From NCBI GenBank assembly GCA_017624735.1, contig JAGAMK010000027.1:9280-73279 (forward strand): a DNA stretch of 64,000 nucleotides, written 5' to 3'. Below the pieces are notes generated by a model, which ran no database searches, was not told the DNA's origin, and saw only the letters and a list, made by a program, of their open reading frames with translations. This document shows positions 37,487-47,822 of the stretch, piece after piece (within the stretch, counting starts at the first letter, position 1; each line of letters opens with the position of its first letter). The position numbers and the translations under genes were made by a program. Source of the stretch: Clostridia bacterium (lineage in GTDB: Bacteria; Bacillota; Clostridia; Oscillospirales; Acutalibacteraceae).

Positions 37487-38740
37487 GTGAAAAAACGAAT
37501 TATAACAGTAATTTTATTGGTATTGGTGGTTGTTATGGCAACGTGGATTTTATTACCCCTATTAAGACCTGAATATAGTGGAGTCAACTACAATCCCGCA
37601 GTTATTCAGAACAAAACGGACAAAACAATTAAGTTTGATTCAAACGGAAAACTCAAAATTTTGCACATAACTGACACTCATCTCAATCTTAACCATAACT
37701 TTGACCCGACAATCTGGTTGGTTGAGAGAGCTTGTGATACAGAAAAACCCGATATTGTGATGATAACAGGCGACAATGTTGTGAATTGCGAAAATGCAGA
37801 AGATACAAAGAAAATGATTAACGCATTGATGAATATTTTTGATTCAAGAAATATTCCTGTGGCAGTAACTTTTGGTAATCACGATTCGGAGCAAGGTGCA
37901 ATGACACGAGAAGAGCTTATGGCATATTACAACACATTCTCTTGCTCCGTTTCTGTTGATGATGGTGAAACTCTTTCAGGTTGTGGTACGTACAATGTTC
38001 CTGTGTTTTCCTCCGATGGTGAAAAGGTGAAATTTAACCTCTGGGTTTTCGATTCGGGTGATTATGACGAAGAGGGAAGATACAGTTGTGTAAAGCCTGA
38101 CCAGATTGAGTGGTATAAACAAACATCCGATAAACTTAAGGTGGAGAATAACGGAGAAAAAGTAAATTCTCTTGTATTCCAGCATATAATTGTAGGCGAA
38201 ATCTATGATGTACTCAAAAAGTCAGATTCTTGGAAGCCTTATGCATATAAGCATTTATATAACAAAGACGAATACTATATGTTTGACCCTGACCGTGTGA
38301 ATTACGGTACATTAAGAGAATACCCTTGCCCCGGATATGAAAACTATGGTCAGTTTGACGCTATGGTTGAGCAGGGCGATGTACTTGCAATGTTCACAGG
38401 TCACGACCACACAAATGCCTTTGCAGTAGAGCATAAAGGGATTGATATTGTCAATTCTCTCAGTACACGTTATATAGGACTTTGTCATTCTACACAATGT
38501 GGCTACCGCGTAATTGAAATTGACGAAAATGACACCTCAACTTACAAAACAAGAGTAGCTCGCATATATGATATGTTCAATTCTGAAACTGTAAAAGAGG
38601 AAAAGCAAAATGGCGATAAGTTTACTTACAGAATGGCTCGTGAGTTTGCATTCAAAGGAAAGATTCAGAAAACTGCAAGTAACATTTACCGTAAAAATGT
38701 TGAAACATTTACAGACAGACAAGTAACTTATTCGGATTAA
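37487..38740 (+). CDS. Membrane-anchored calcineurin-like metallophosphoesterase (paralogue of 25198-26457)
   Basis: GTG start and N-terminal TM helix. Motifs HITDTHL, GDNV, GNHD, VFQHI and GHDH. Confidence 0.8.
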   Translation: MKKRIITVILLVLVVVMATWILLPLLRPEYSGVNYNPAVIQNKTDKTIKFDSNGKLKILHITDTHLNLNHNFDPTIWLVERACDTEKPDIVMITGDNVVNCENAEDTKKMINALMNIFDSRNIPVAVTFGNHDSEQGAMTREELMAYYNTFSCSVSVDDGETLSGCGTYNVPVFSSDGEKVKFNLWVFDSGDYDEEGRYSCVKPDQIEWYKQTSDKLKVENNGEKVNSLVFQHIIVGEIYDVLKKSDSWKPYAYKHLYNKDEYYMFDPDRVNYGTLREYPCPGYENYGQFDAMVEQGDVLAMFTGHDHTNAFAVEHKGIDIVNSLSTRYIGLCHSTQCGYRVIEIDENDTSTYKTRVARIYDMFNSETVKEEKQNGDKFTYRMAREFAFKGKIQKTASNIYRKNVETFTDRQVTYSD

Positions 38741-38742
38741 AA

Positions 38743-38960
38743 CTTGGCAGATACATTCGCATCTTCGGTACAAAGGGTGAATTATATGCTAATATGTCCG
38801 ATACTCAAAAATTCGTTTATATATTTGATGATGACAAGCATCGCAAAGTGAGAATTAAAGATACAGGAAAAATCATCTCATTGGCTTCGCTGTTGGAAAA
38901 GCAGGAACAGTTGAAAGTGTTGATGATTTTTTCAAAGAATACGGAATGATAAACGATTGA
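38743..38960 (+). pseudogene. Possible 3' remnant of a Gfo/Idh/MocA-like oxidoreductase gene
   Basis: Open frame GRYIRIFGTKGELYANMSD..., without start or RBS, begins right after the preceding stop. A second frame carries ...VESVDDFFKEYGMIND, which suggests a frameshift. Confidence 0.3.
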
Positions 38961-39028
38961 AAATCCATTTGTTGATTTTTCCTTATACAGATGTTATAAT
39001 TTTATAAATTGATTTAGGAGAGTGAAAA

Positions 39029-39166
39029 ATGGCTTTAGTCAATAAGGTTAAAGATGGTTTTTCCTATGTAAAAAATACAGAATATGAGGTTGATGAAGCC
39101 CATACATCTGTGACCTTCCTTCAACTAATGTGGGCTCACTTCTCCGAGCTATCGGTTAAACAGTAG
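39029..39166 (+). CDS. Small hypothetical ORF (45 aa)
   Basis: RBS ggagag 7 nt upstream, followed by a terminator. No recognisable motif, so it may be part of the decayed region. Confidence 0.25.
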   Translation: MALVNKVKDGFSYVKNTEYEVDEAHTSVTFLQLMWAHFSELSVKQ

Positions 39167-39188
39167 GTATTTATTATTGATAAAACAG

Positions 39189-39221
39189 AGCCTCACATTG
39201 TGTGAACAGTGTGAGGCTTTT
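39189..39221 (+). terminator. Rho-independent terminator
   Basis: agcctcac/gtgaggct stem followed by ttttgc. Confidence 0.6.
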
Positions 39222-39237
39222 GCAAAGGAGATATATT

Positions 39238-40686
39238 ATGAAAGTTATTAAAGAGGGCTGGTGTTTCGGCAATAATTCTTACCCGATAAACGGTGTAGAT
39301 GTTGAAAGGTATATAAAGGTCACACCTTCTGAGCGCCAACTTGAGTTTATGAAGCTTGAGTACTATAATTTCATTCACTTCGGTATAAATACAATGACCA
39401 ATCGGGAATGGGGCGAGGGTAATGAGGATATTTCCTGCTTTAACCCGAAAAAACTTGATACTGACCAGTGGTGCAGTGTGCTCAAGGCGACTGGGAGTAA
39501 GGGTATAATAATAACTGCAAAGCACCACGATGGTTTTTGCCTTTTTGATACAAAATTTACTGACCACAATGTAATTAACACACCTTTCGGCAAGGATATA
39601 GTGAAAATGCTTTCGGAAAGTTGCAAGAAATATGACCTCAAACTCGGCATTTATCTTTCGCCATGGGACAGACGCGAAAAAACTTATGGCACTGAGGAGT
39701 ATAATGATTTCTTTGTAAATCAGTTGACAGAGCTTTGTTGCAACTACGGTGATATATTCTGCTTTTGGTTTGATGGAGCTTGTGGTGAAGGGAAAAACGG
39801 CAAAAAACAGAGTTATGATTGGGAAAGATACTACTCGGTTATAAGGAAATACCACCCCAACGCCGTGATTTCCATCTGTGGTCCTGATGTGCGATGGATA
39901 GGTAACGAGGGTGGCAGAGTCAGAAAAAGTGAATGGAGTGTAATTCCCGTTGAAAAGGACAGCACCGATACGGTTGCAGATAATTCACAAACTGCCGCAG
40001 ACCAGACCAAACTTATGGCTGAGAAGTTGAGTGACACAACCGAAGACCTCGGTTCAAGAGAGGTGCTAAAAAAATATGAAAATCTTGTTTTTAAGCCTGC
40101 AGAGGCTGATGTTTCAATAAATCTCGGCTGGTTCTGGCATAATAATCTTTATTACCTTTTCAAAAAGCAAAGAACGGCTGAAGACCTTGCAAAAATATAT
40201 TTTGACTCTGTGGGGGGGAATGCTTCAATGCTTCTCAATGTACCTCCTAATAAAGATGGTCTTATAGACAAGCGTGAAATTAAAACCCTAAAAAAATTCA
40301 CTGAGCTTATCACTGAACCTTTTAAGAATGAAATAAAAAATAAAATGTTTTTTGCATACTCTCCCGAAAAAAACACAAGAGAGATAAGCGAGGCGGATAT
40401 TTGTCTTGCCGATGGTGAATCAGGTGTAACGGTTGATTTTTCTTCAAAAAAACAAGTGAAGCTTATCACTTTTTCAGAAGACATGACATACAGTCAACGT
40501 ATTGAAGAATTTAAAGTTTATGCAAAAAAAGAAGACTTGGACTATGAACTTATTTATACAGGTACTGTTGTAGGCTCAAAGAGAATCGTGAAACTTGATT
40601 CTCCTGTAACAACGGATAGAATTGTTATCATCGTAACACAGTCAAGGTCAAATCCTATACTGAAAGATATAAGAATATACGAATAA
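39238..40686 (+). CDS. GH29 alpha-L-fucosidase with C-terminal beta-sandwich domain
   Basis: YYNFIHFGINT...ITAKHHDGFCLFDT...YLSPWD motifs. ATG 39238 follows aaaggaga. The track start at 39202 lies inside the terminator. Confidence 0.85.
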   Translation: MKVIKEGWCFGNNSYPINGVDVERYIKVTPSERQLEFMKLEYYNFIHFGINTMTNREWGEGNEDISCFNPKKLDTDQWCSVLKATGSKGIIITAKHHDGFCLFDTKFTDHNVINTPFGKDIVKMLSESCKKYDLKLGIYLSPWDRREKTYGTEEYNDFFVNQLTELCCNYGDIFCFWFDGACGEGKNGKKQSYDWERYYSVIRKYHPNAVISICGPDVRWIGNEGGRVRKSEWSVIPVEKDSTDTVADNSQTAADQTKLMAEKLSDTTEDLGSREVLKKYENLVFKPAEADVSINLGWFWHNNLYYLFKKQRTAEDLAKIYFDSVGGNASMLLNVPPNKDGLIDKREIKTLKKFTELITEPFKNEIKNKMFFAYSPEKNTREISEADICLADGESGVTVDFSSKKQVKLITFSEDMTYSQRIEEFKVYAKKEDLDYELIYTGTVVGSKRIVKLDSPVTTDRIVIIVTQSRSNPILKDIRIYE

Positions 40687-40692
40687 AGAACA

Positions 40693-40725
40693 GGACCTGC
40701 CCCCCCCCAAAAAAAAGCAGGTCTT
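40693..40725 (+). terminator. Hairpin terminator with C9-A8 homopolymer loop
   Basis: aggacctgc / gcaggtctt stem, with loop cccccccc aaaaaaaa. Confidence 0.5.
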
Positions 40726-40865
40726 ATTCTTTGCAATTATACTTGCAGTTTCTGGAACCTTATTGTTTCACAATAAAAGCGTTGCAAAATCTATATTTCT
40801 TGTGTGATTATGCATCATATAAGAAACTCAACCTGTATTTACCTTTTGTCGTACGCCCTAAAGTC

Positions 40866-40893
40866 TTGACAAAAAATTAGCATATGTTATAAT
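40866..40893 (+). promoter_or_regulatory. Near-consensus promoter TTGACA-16 nt-TGTTATAAT upstream of the V-ATPase operon
   Basis: ttgaca at 40866-40871 and tgttataat at 40885-40893. Confidence 0.6.
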
Positions 40894-40916
40894 AAAATAC
40901 AAGCAATATATATTCG

Positions 40917-40959
40917 ATGGAACCAGCTGACTGCAGAGGACTTTGGTTCCATTTTTTTT
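40917..40959 (+). promoter_or_regulatory. Terminator-like leader hairpin (possible attenuator, riboswitch expression platform or short sRNA 3' end)
   Basis: 9-bp stem atggaacca/tggttccat with an 18-nt loop, followed by T8. It starts about 20 nt after the predicted TSS and ends 52 nt before the ntpE start. Confidence 0.45.
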
Positions 40960-41011
40960 ATAAGAAATATAGAATTATTGCAATTAGAAAATAATAAAAG
41001 GAGAAAACCTT

Positions 41012-41620
41012 ATGGAAATACAATTACAAGAACTTATTGACCAAATTAAAAAAGATGGTGTAGAGGTAGCAGAAACTGAAGCGAAAGCCATTGTTGATTC
41101 TGCAAAAGCAGAGGCTGAAAAGATTATTGCAGATGCAAAGGCACAGGCAGATAAAATCCTGGCTGATGCTAAAATTGAAAACGAAAGAATGGTAAAATCG
41201 AGTGATGATGCAATCCGTCAGGCAGGAAGAAATCTTCTTATTTCTTTTAGAGAAAGTGTTACAAGAGAGCTTAATGCCATTGTTGGAGAAACAGTTAATT
41301 CGGTTTATTCTGCTGATTCATTATCACAAATTGTCATAAATGTTGTTGAAAGCTGGGCAAACAAACCAGATGTGGAAAATATCGAAGTGATTTTGAACAC
41401 CAACGACGTTGAGTTGCTTGAGAAAACTGCACATAGCACCTTAAAAGAAAAAATCTCAAAAGGTGTTACTCTTAAAGCTAACGATAATTTTGACGGAGGA
41501 TTCCGTATTGCAGTTAATAATGGCGGTGCATATTACGATTACTCTACTGATGCTGTTGTGGATATGATGTCAAGTTATCTTAGCCCAAAGGTTGTTAAAC
41601 TTTTGAAAGAGGCGGAATAA
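41012..41620 (+). CDS. ntpE: V-type ATPase subunit E
   Basis: 202 aa with an Ala/Lys/Glu-rich coiled-coil N-terminus. First gene of the operon. Confidence 0.75.
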   Translation: MEIQLQELIDQIKKDGVEVAETEAKAIVDSAKAEAEKIIADAKAQADKILADAKIENERMVKSSDDAIRQAGRNLLISFRESVTRELNAIVGETVNSVYSADSLSQIVINVVESWANKPDVENIEVILNTNDVELLEKTAHSTLKEKISKGVTLKANDNFDGGFRIAVNNGGAYYDYSTDAVVDMMSSYLSPKVVKLLKEAE

Positions 41621-41622
41621 TT

Positions 41623-42177
41623 ATGTCAGAATACTATTTAATATCACAGCTACCATCTTTGGATGGAATTAGTGAAAATATACCGTTGCCAATTACAGAA
41701 GAACGATTTTTCGAGTTGTGTAACGAGATTTCAGGCAAAAGGATATGTAATGAAATAAACAAAATGACTCTTTTACCACCGAAAACATATGAAAAGTCAA
41801 GTTCTTTGTTAATTGAAACTTGGAACAATAACGAAAGAAGTTTACGACTTGCTCTTGCTAAAGTCCGAGCAGATAAAATGAAAAAGTCATTTGATACAGA
41901 AAACAACGTATTGTCAAGTGAACTTATAAAGGTTGCAAATACTGCAATAGAGATTGAAAGTCCCTTGGAAGCGGAAAAATTCCTTAATAATTATCGATTG
42001 GAGTTTTTGGAAACCCTTAGACCGATGGACAATTTTTCTGAGGAATTTGTTTATTATTATGGATTGAAACTTAAATTGATTTCACACATAAGACAATTTG
42101 ATACAAATGCAGGTGAAATCGCATACAGAAATATTTATGATTCCATTATGAATGGAGATAGGTTGGAGGCTATATAA
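41623..42177 (+). CDS. DUF2764-like V-ATPase-associated protein (occupies the subunit C position)
   Basis: 184 aa with an MSEYYLISQLPSL start. Its position between E and A matches the 7-gene Bacteroidetes-type operon (recollection, not searched). Confidence 0.55.
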   Translation: MSEYYLISQLPSLDGISENIPLPITEERFFELCNEISGKRICNEINKMTLLPPKTYEKSSSLLIETWNNNERSLRLALAKVRADKMKKSFDTENNVLSSELIKVANTAIEIESPLEAEKFLNNYRLEFLETLRPMDNFSEEFVYYYGLKLKLISHIRQFDTNAGEIAYRNIYDSIMNGDRLEAI

Positions 42178-43946
42178 TGACCGAAAATACAGGAAAGGTT
42201 GTAAGCATAAATGGTAACCTTGTGTCTGTTGAATTTCAGGGCAATGTTTCTATGAATGAAATTTGCTTTGTTAAAGTAGGTGACACAACGCTTAAAAGTG
42301 AGGTTATCCGTATAAGAGGAAATGTCGCACAAATTCAGGTTTATGAAATGACTGATGGTATTCAGTGTGGCGATGAGGTAGAATTTACAGGAGATATGTT
42401 GTCAGCAGAACTTGGTCCGGGATTGTTAGGTCAGGTTTATGATGGTCTTCAGAATCCATTACCTGTATTGGCAGAACAAGCAGGTTGGTTCTTGGAACGT
42501 GGTATTTATGCTGACGGACTTGATTCTGAGAAAAAATGGGAATTTACACCTGTTGCAAAAGTTGGTGATACTTTACGTGCAGGTGAATATATCGGTACAG
42601 TTCCTGAAGGACCATTTACCCATAAAATTTTTGTTCCGTTTTATCTTCTTGGAAAATACACATTAAAATCAATTGCAGAAAAAGGCGAATACACGGTAAA
42701 AGAAACTATTGCAGTTCTTACAGACGAACGAGGACGTGAAGTCTCTGTTTCTATGTCCTTTAAATGGCCTGTAAAACGAGCTGTTAAATGTTATAGTGAA
42801 AGATTAGCACCAGTTGAAACAATGGAAACAAAGGTGCGTCTTATTGACTCGTTTTTCCCTGTGGCTAAAGGCGGAACATATTGTACGCCCGGACCTTTTG
42901 GTGCAGGTAAAACTGTGTTACAGCATACAACTTCTAAATATGCAGATGTTGACATTGTTATAATTGCTGCTTGTGGTGAACGTGCAGGTGAAGTTGTAGA
43001 AACATTGACAGAATTTCCTGAACTTACAGACCCTAAAACAGGTCGTTCACTTATGGAACGTACAATTATTATCTGTAACACATCTTCCATGCCGGTTGCC
43101 TCTCGAGAAGCATCAGTATATACTTCGGTAACTCTTGCAGAATATTATCGTCAGATGGGACTTAATGTTCTTCTTCTTGCTGACTCAACATCACGTTGGG
43201 CACAGGCTCTCAGAGAAATGTCAGGACGTCTTGAAGAAATTCCTGGTGAAGAGGCATTCCCTGCATATCTTGAATCATATATTGCAGCATTTTATGAAAG
43301 AGCAGGTTATGTCCGTTTGCCTGACGGAAGTACAGGCTCCGTAACAATTGGTGGTACTGTTTCTCCTGCAGGTGGTAACTTCGAAGAACCTGTTACTCAG
43401 GCAACACTCAAGGTTGTCGGTGCATTCCATGGTTTATCCCGTGAACGTTCAGATGCTAGAAAATATCCTGCTATTGACCCACTTATTTCGTGGTCGAAAT
43501 ACAAGAGCGTAATTGATAGCAAAAAGTCTGAGTATTGCAAAAAGATTCTTCATCACGGAAACGAAATCGGTTCTATGATGAAGGTCGTAGGTGAAGAAGG
43601 TACAAGCATTTCCGACTATATCATTTATCTTAAAGCAGAAATGCTTGATGCAGTATATCTTCAGCAGAACTCTTTTGATTTAGTTGATGCAAACTGCGGA
43701 ACTATGCGTCAACGTTATGTTACAGATAAACTCATATATGTTTTAGGTAGCGAGTACGAAATTGATAATAAAGATGATGCTCGTAGTTTTCTTAATCGTA
43801 TGCGTCAAAAATTCATTGACTGGAATTATACTGAATTTGAAAGTGATGCTTTTAATAAGGTTGAAAACGAAATTGACGCATTATATAACGAAAAAAATGG
43901 TGAATTAGGCTTTGAAGCAGAGCATCTATTAAAGGACGGTGAGTGA
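42177..43946 (+). CDS. ntpA: V-type ATPase catalytic subunit A
   Basis: Walker A GPFGAGKT and Walker [12 protein letters not shown]. 589 aa. Confidence 0.95.
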   Translation: MTENTGKVVSINGNLVSVEFQGNVSMNEICFVKVGDTTLKSEVIRIRGNVAQIQVYEMTDGIQCGDEVEFTGDMLSAELGPGLLGQVYDGLQNPLPVLAEQAGWFLERGIYADGLDSEKKWEFTPVAKVGDTLRAGEYIGTVPEGPFTHKIFVPFYLLGKYTLKSIAEKGEYTVKETIAVLTDERGREVSVSMSFKWPVKRAVKCYSERLAPVETMETKVRLIDSFFPVAKGGTYCTPGPFGAGKTVLQHTTSKYADVDIVIIAACGERAGEVVETLTEFPELTDPKTGRSLMERTIIICNTSSMPVASREASVYTSVTLAEYYRQMGLNVLLLADSTSRWAQALREMSGRLEEIPGEEAFPAYLESYIAAFYERAGYVRLPDGSTGSVTIGGTVSPAGGNFEEPVTQATLKVVGAFHGLSRERSDARKYPAIDPLISWSKYKSVIDSKKSEYCKKILHHGNEIGSMMKVVGEEGTSISDYIIYLKAEMLDAVYLQQNSFDLVDANCGTMRQRYVTDKLIYVLGSEYEIDNKDDARSFLNRMRQKFIDWNYTEFESDAFNKVENEIDALYNEKNGELGFEAEHLLKDGE

Positions 43947-43948
43947 GA

Positions 43949-45241
43949 ATGAATAAAGTTTTTAATCGAATTGAATCAATCACCGGTAACGTTATTACTG
44001 TTAAGGCTCAAAATGTTCAATATAAGGAATTAGCACAGATTAACACTCGTTTTGGTAAATCACTTGCACAAGTTAATAAAATTGATGGTGACGTTGTTTC
44101 CCTTCAGGTTTTCGCAGGTGGTCAGGGTATTTCAACCGGTGACGAAGTTCGCTTTTTAGGTCGTGAAATGCGTGTGTCATTCAGCGAAGATTTGTTAGGT
44201 CGCATTTTTAACGGTTCAGGCGAACCAAGGGATAAGGGCCCTGCACTTACAGAAAATATGAAACCTGTTGGTGGACCATCTGTTAACCCAACCAAACGAA
44301 TTCTTGCTAACCGAATGATGAGAACAAATATCCCAATGATTGATATGTTCAATACACTGGTTGTTTCACAGAAATTGCCTATTTTCTCAATTTCAGGTGA
44401 ACCATATAACCAGCTTCTTGCACGAATTGCTATGCAGGCAGAAGCGGATGTAATTGTCCTTGGTGGCATGGGTCTTAAATACGACGATTTTCTTTATTTT
44501 AAAGATGAGCTTTCTCAGGGTGGAGCATTAAGTAAAACTGTTATGTTTATTCATACTGCATCTGACCCTACTGTTGAATGTATGATGATTCCTGATATGG
44601 TATTGGCTGTTGCAGAACAGTTTGCTTTGCAGGATAAAGATGTATTGGTATTGCTTACTGATATGACTAACTTTGCCGATGCTATGAAAGAGATTGCAAT
44701 CACTCAGGAACAAGTTCCATCTAATCGTGGTTATCCCGGTGACCTTTATTCACAGTTAGCAGCTCGTTACGAAAAGGCTGTTGACTTTGCAAATTCAGGT
44801 TCAGTAACTGTTCTTGCTGTTACTACTATGCCAGGCGACGACGTAACACATCCCGTACCTGATAACACAGGTTACATTACTGAAGGACAGTATTACCTTA
44901 AGGGTGGACGTATTGAGCCATTTGGTTCTCTTTCACGACTTAAACAGAATGTTAATGGTAAAACAAGAAAAGACCATAGAGCTCTTATGGATGGTATGAT
45001 TCGTTTATATTCTTCATATAAAGAAACACTGGAAAAGAAAAATATGGGCTTTTCAATGAATAAGTGGGACGAAAAACTTCTTAAATATGGTAATCTTTTT
45101 GAAAACAAAATGATGGATTTGTCAATTAACTTGTCACTCGAAAAGTCCCTTGATTTAGGTTGGGAAATTTTAGCAGATTGTTTCCAGAAGGATGAAACTG
45201 GTATTAAGTCAGACCTTACTGATGAATTCTGGCCTAAGTAA
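43949..45241 (+). CDS. ntpB: V-type ATPase subunit B
   Basis: 432 aa. Has the [11 protein letters not shown] and GYPGDLYS motifs and lacks a canonical P-loop. An alternative GTG is at 43943. Confidence 0.9.
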   Translation: MNKVFNRIESITGNVITVKAQNVQYKELAQINTRFGKSLAQVNKIDGDVVSLQVFAGGQGISTGDEVRFLGREMRVSFSEDLLGRIFNGSGEPRDKGPALTENMKPVGGPSVNPTKRILANRMMRTNIPMIDMFNTLVVSQKLPIFSISGEPYNQLLARIAMQAEADVIVLGGMGLKYDDFLYFKDELSQGGALSKTVMFIHTASDPTVECMMIPDMVLAVAEQFALQDKDVLVLLTDMTNFADAMKEIAITQEQVPSNRGYPGDLYSQLAARYEKAVDFANSGSVTVLAVTTMPGDDVTHPVPDNTGYITEGQYYLKGGRIEPFGSLSRLKQNVNGKTRKDHRALMDGMIRLYSSYKETLEKKNMGFSMNKWDEKLLKYGNLFENKMMDLSINLSLEKSLDLGWEILADCFQKDETGIKSDLTDEFWPK

Positions 45242-45249
45242 GGAGGACT

Positions 45250-45888
45250 GTGGTTTTGGCAAAAATCAAATTAACAAAAAATGAGTTAAAGGTACAAAAA
45301 GATGCTCTTAAAATGTACCAGAGATATTTGCCTACTCTGACACTAAAAAAACAACAACTACAAGCAGAAATTCGTACAATAGAAGCTAAAGCTAAAGCGG
45401 TAAGAGAAGAAAAAGAGAAACTTGAAATGGGTTTCAAAGATTGGATTGCTGTTTTTAGTGAAAAGGATGTTTTCCCTGATGGAATAATCACTGTCAGCAA
45501 TATCCGTAAAGGAAAAGGAAATATTGCAGGTGTTGCTATTCCAACTTATGAGGGAGCAGATTTTTCAAGAGGGGACTATGACTTGTACGAAACTCCTTTG
45601 TGGGTTGATATTGCTGCAAATCATATGGAAAGAGCAATGTCACTCGATTTGGAGGCGGAAGTGTTAGACGAACAAGTAAGGCTTTTAGGTGCAGAACTCC
45701 TTGCAACCAGTCAAAGAGTCAATTTGTTTGAAAAGGTAAAAATCCCTGAAACAGAAAGAAATATTAAAAAAATATCAATTTATATGGCAGACCAACAAGT
45801 CAGTGCCGTAGTGCGTTCTAAAATATCAAAACGCAAAATTGCCCAACGTAATGCTGAGGCTTCCGAAAAGGAGGTTTACGCATTATGA
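45250..45888 (+). CDS. ntpD: V-type ATPase subunit D
   Basis: 212-aa coiled-coil protein starting KLTKNELK. GTG start after aaggagga. Confidence 0.85.
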   Translation: MVLAKIKLTKNELKVQKDALKMYQRYLPTLTLKKQQLQAEIRTIEAKAKAVREEKEKLEMGFKDWIAVFSEKDVFPDGIITVSNIRKGKGNIAGVAIPTYEGADFSRGDYDLYETPLWVDIAANHMERAMSLDLEAEVLDEQVRLLGAELLATSQRVNLFEKVKIPETERNIKKISIYMADQQVSAVVRSKISKRKIAQRNAEASEKEVYAL

Positions 45889-47801
45889 TTGTTCCTATGA
45901 AAAAAGTTTCCCTCATAATTATGGGAGATAAAAAAACAGAAACACTTAAAAAACTTCGAAAACTTGGAATGGTTCATATTGAAATAACCGAGGGTTCGGG
46001 TGAAAGACTCAATGAACTTAAAGAACAGATATCCTTGCTTGAAAGTGCAATTTTCATTGTGGAAAACAAAAAAAGTACAGACGAAAAAGAGATAACTGTT
46101 GATGAAAGTTTGAATATTGCAAGAGAAATAGCTTTTTTGACAGAAGAAAAGAAAAATTGTCAGTCAGAACAAATTGCCCTTAATTCAGAACTTGAACGAC
46201 TGAAAGAATGGGGTGAACTTGAACCATCTAGTATTGCAGATTTAGTCAATAAGGGTGTTGATGTTTCATTCTACGAAATGCCTAAAACAGAATATGAATC
46301 CTTGGATGATAGTGTAAAAACCATTAAGCTAAGCTCAAATAAAAATTCTGTAAAATGCCTTTTGATAAAATCAGAGCACGAAGGTGAAATACTTACATTT
46401 TTGAACAATTACAAGTTGGAGTTGCCACAAATTTCTACTGAAGAAATGAAACAAAAGCTTGTTGTACTTGGTGATAAGATTAAATCCATAGACGAAAAAA
46501 TTCTCTCTTACGGAAGTTGTACAAATGCACTTAAAAATGCGATTAAAGCTTGTGAAAAGGAAATAGAATTTGAAATCTATGCGACGGGTATGGCAGATGA
46601 AAACTTGTCAGATGATAACAACAGAAATGTTTCTGTGGCATACTTCAAAGGATATATTGAAACAGACAATCTTGACAAATTAAAAGATACTGCTAAATCG
46701 AATTCTTGGGGACTTATCGTAGAAGAGCCAACTCAGGAAGATGATGTACCAACCAAACTTAAAAACAACAAGTTTGTCAGTCTGATATATCCGTTAACTG
46801 ACTTTTTAGGTGCTGTTCCCGGATATTTTGAGTATGATATTTCAGGTTGGTTCCTAGCATTTATTCTTATTTTCTTTGGCATAATTTTTGGCGATGGCGG
46901 ATACGGATTGTTCATTTGTGCTGTTGCAGCTATTCCAATCATAAAATCCCTTGCTGCAAAGAAAACAGTTTCACCAACATTTTTGCTTATAGGACTTTTA
47001 GGTTTGTCAACTGTATTATGGGGAACGCTGACTTGTACTTGGTTTGGACTTTCTCCTGAACAAATACCACAATGGTTACAGAATTTGTCAATCCCTGTCA
47101 TTTCAAACGTTTATGAAGACAGAATCTGGCATCCTTTCTGGACACAAGGTGATGTAGGGCTTACCACAGCGCAGAATTTACAAATATTCTGTTTCTCGTT
47201 GGCACTTATTCAGTTGACGATAGCACATATAAAAGGAGCAAAAAGAAACAAGAGTTCACTCAAAATGCTTGGTGACATTGGTTCAATATTACAACTGTTT
47301 GGAATTTACTATCTTGTATTAAGCCTTGTTGTAAATCCTGAAGTGTTCAGTTTTGGACTTGTAATCAGTGGTATTCCTATTGGTGCGGTTGCTATTGCTC
47401 TTATAGGATTAGGCTTTGTTTTAAGCTTTGTATTTTCAAATTACGAAGGGAACATTGTGAAATCTATACTTGCAAGTCTTACTAATATAGTTTCTGTCTT
47501 GCTTGGTGTAGTTAATGTTTTCTCGGATATAGTTTCCTATATACGACTTTGGGCTGTTGGACTTGCAGGGGCTGCAATTGCTGCTACCGTAAACGAGTTG
47601 GCAGGACCATTGTTTGGAAACTTCTTATTTATGATTATTGCGATTGTTCTTTTAGTATTTGGTCACGGACTAAATATGATATTGAATGTCTTGTCCGTTA
47701 TTGTACACGGTATAAGACTTAACACTTTGGAATTTTCATCGCATCTCGATATGTCCTGGAGTGGGCATAAATTTAAACCATTTAATGAACAAATAGATTA
47801 A
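45885..47801 (+). CDS. ntpI: V-type ATPase subunit I (a-subunit, stator/proton-sodium channel)
   Basis: 638 aa with a soluble N-terminal half and a polytopic C-terminal half containing the conserved SYIRLWA Arg. Confidence 0.9.
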   Translation: MIVPMKKVSLIIMGDKKTETLKKLRKLGMVHIEITEGSGERLNELKEQISLLESAIFIVENKKSTDEKEITVDESLNIAREIAFLTEEKKNCQSEQIALNSELERLKEWGELEPSSIADLVNKGVDVSFYEMPKTEYESLDDSVKTIKLSSNKNSVKCLLIKSEHEGEILTFLNNYKLELPQISTEEMKQKLVVLGDKIKSIDEKILSYGSCTNALKNAIKACEKEIEFEIYATGMADENLSDDNNRNVSVAYFKGYIETDNLDKLKDTAKSNSWGLIVEEPTQEDDVPTKLKNNKFVSLIYPLTDFLGAVPGYFEYDISGWFLAFILIFFGIIFGDGGYGLFICAVAAIPIIKSLAAKKTVSPTFLLIGLLGLSTVLWGTLTCTWFGLSPEQIPQWLQNLSIPVISNVYEDRIWHPFWTQGDVGLTTAQNLQIFCFSLALIQLTIAHIKGAKRNKSSLKMLGDIGSILQLFGIYYLVLSLVVNPEVFSFGLVISGIPIGAVAIALIGLGFVLSFVFSNYEGNIVKSILASLTNIVSVLLGVVNVFSDIVSYIRLWAVGLAGAAIAATVNELAGPLFGNFLFMIIAIVLLVFGHGLNMILNVLSVIVHGIRLNTLEFSSHLDMSWSGHKFKPFNEQID

Positions 47802-47822
47802 AATCACGAAGGAGAAATAATT

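Noticed and set aside
39193-39855. 220-aa minus-strand ORF
   Set aside because: It lies entirely antisense to the well-supported GH29 fucosidase gene. It has no RBS, and its low-complexity Phe/Ile-rich translation is typical of an AT-rich antisense frame.
40700-40716. C9-A8 homopolymer tract as a phase-variation switch
   Set aside because: It forms the loop of an intergenic terminator hairpin downstream of the fucosidase stop. It is neither in a coding region nor between -35 and -10 elements, so slippage would have little obvious effect.
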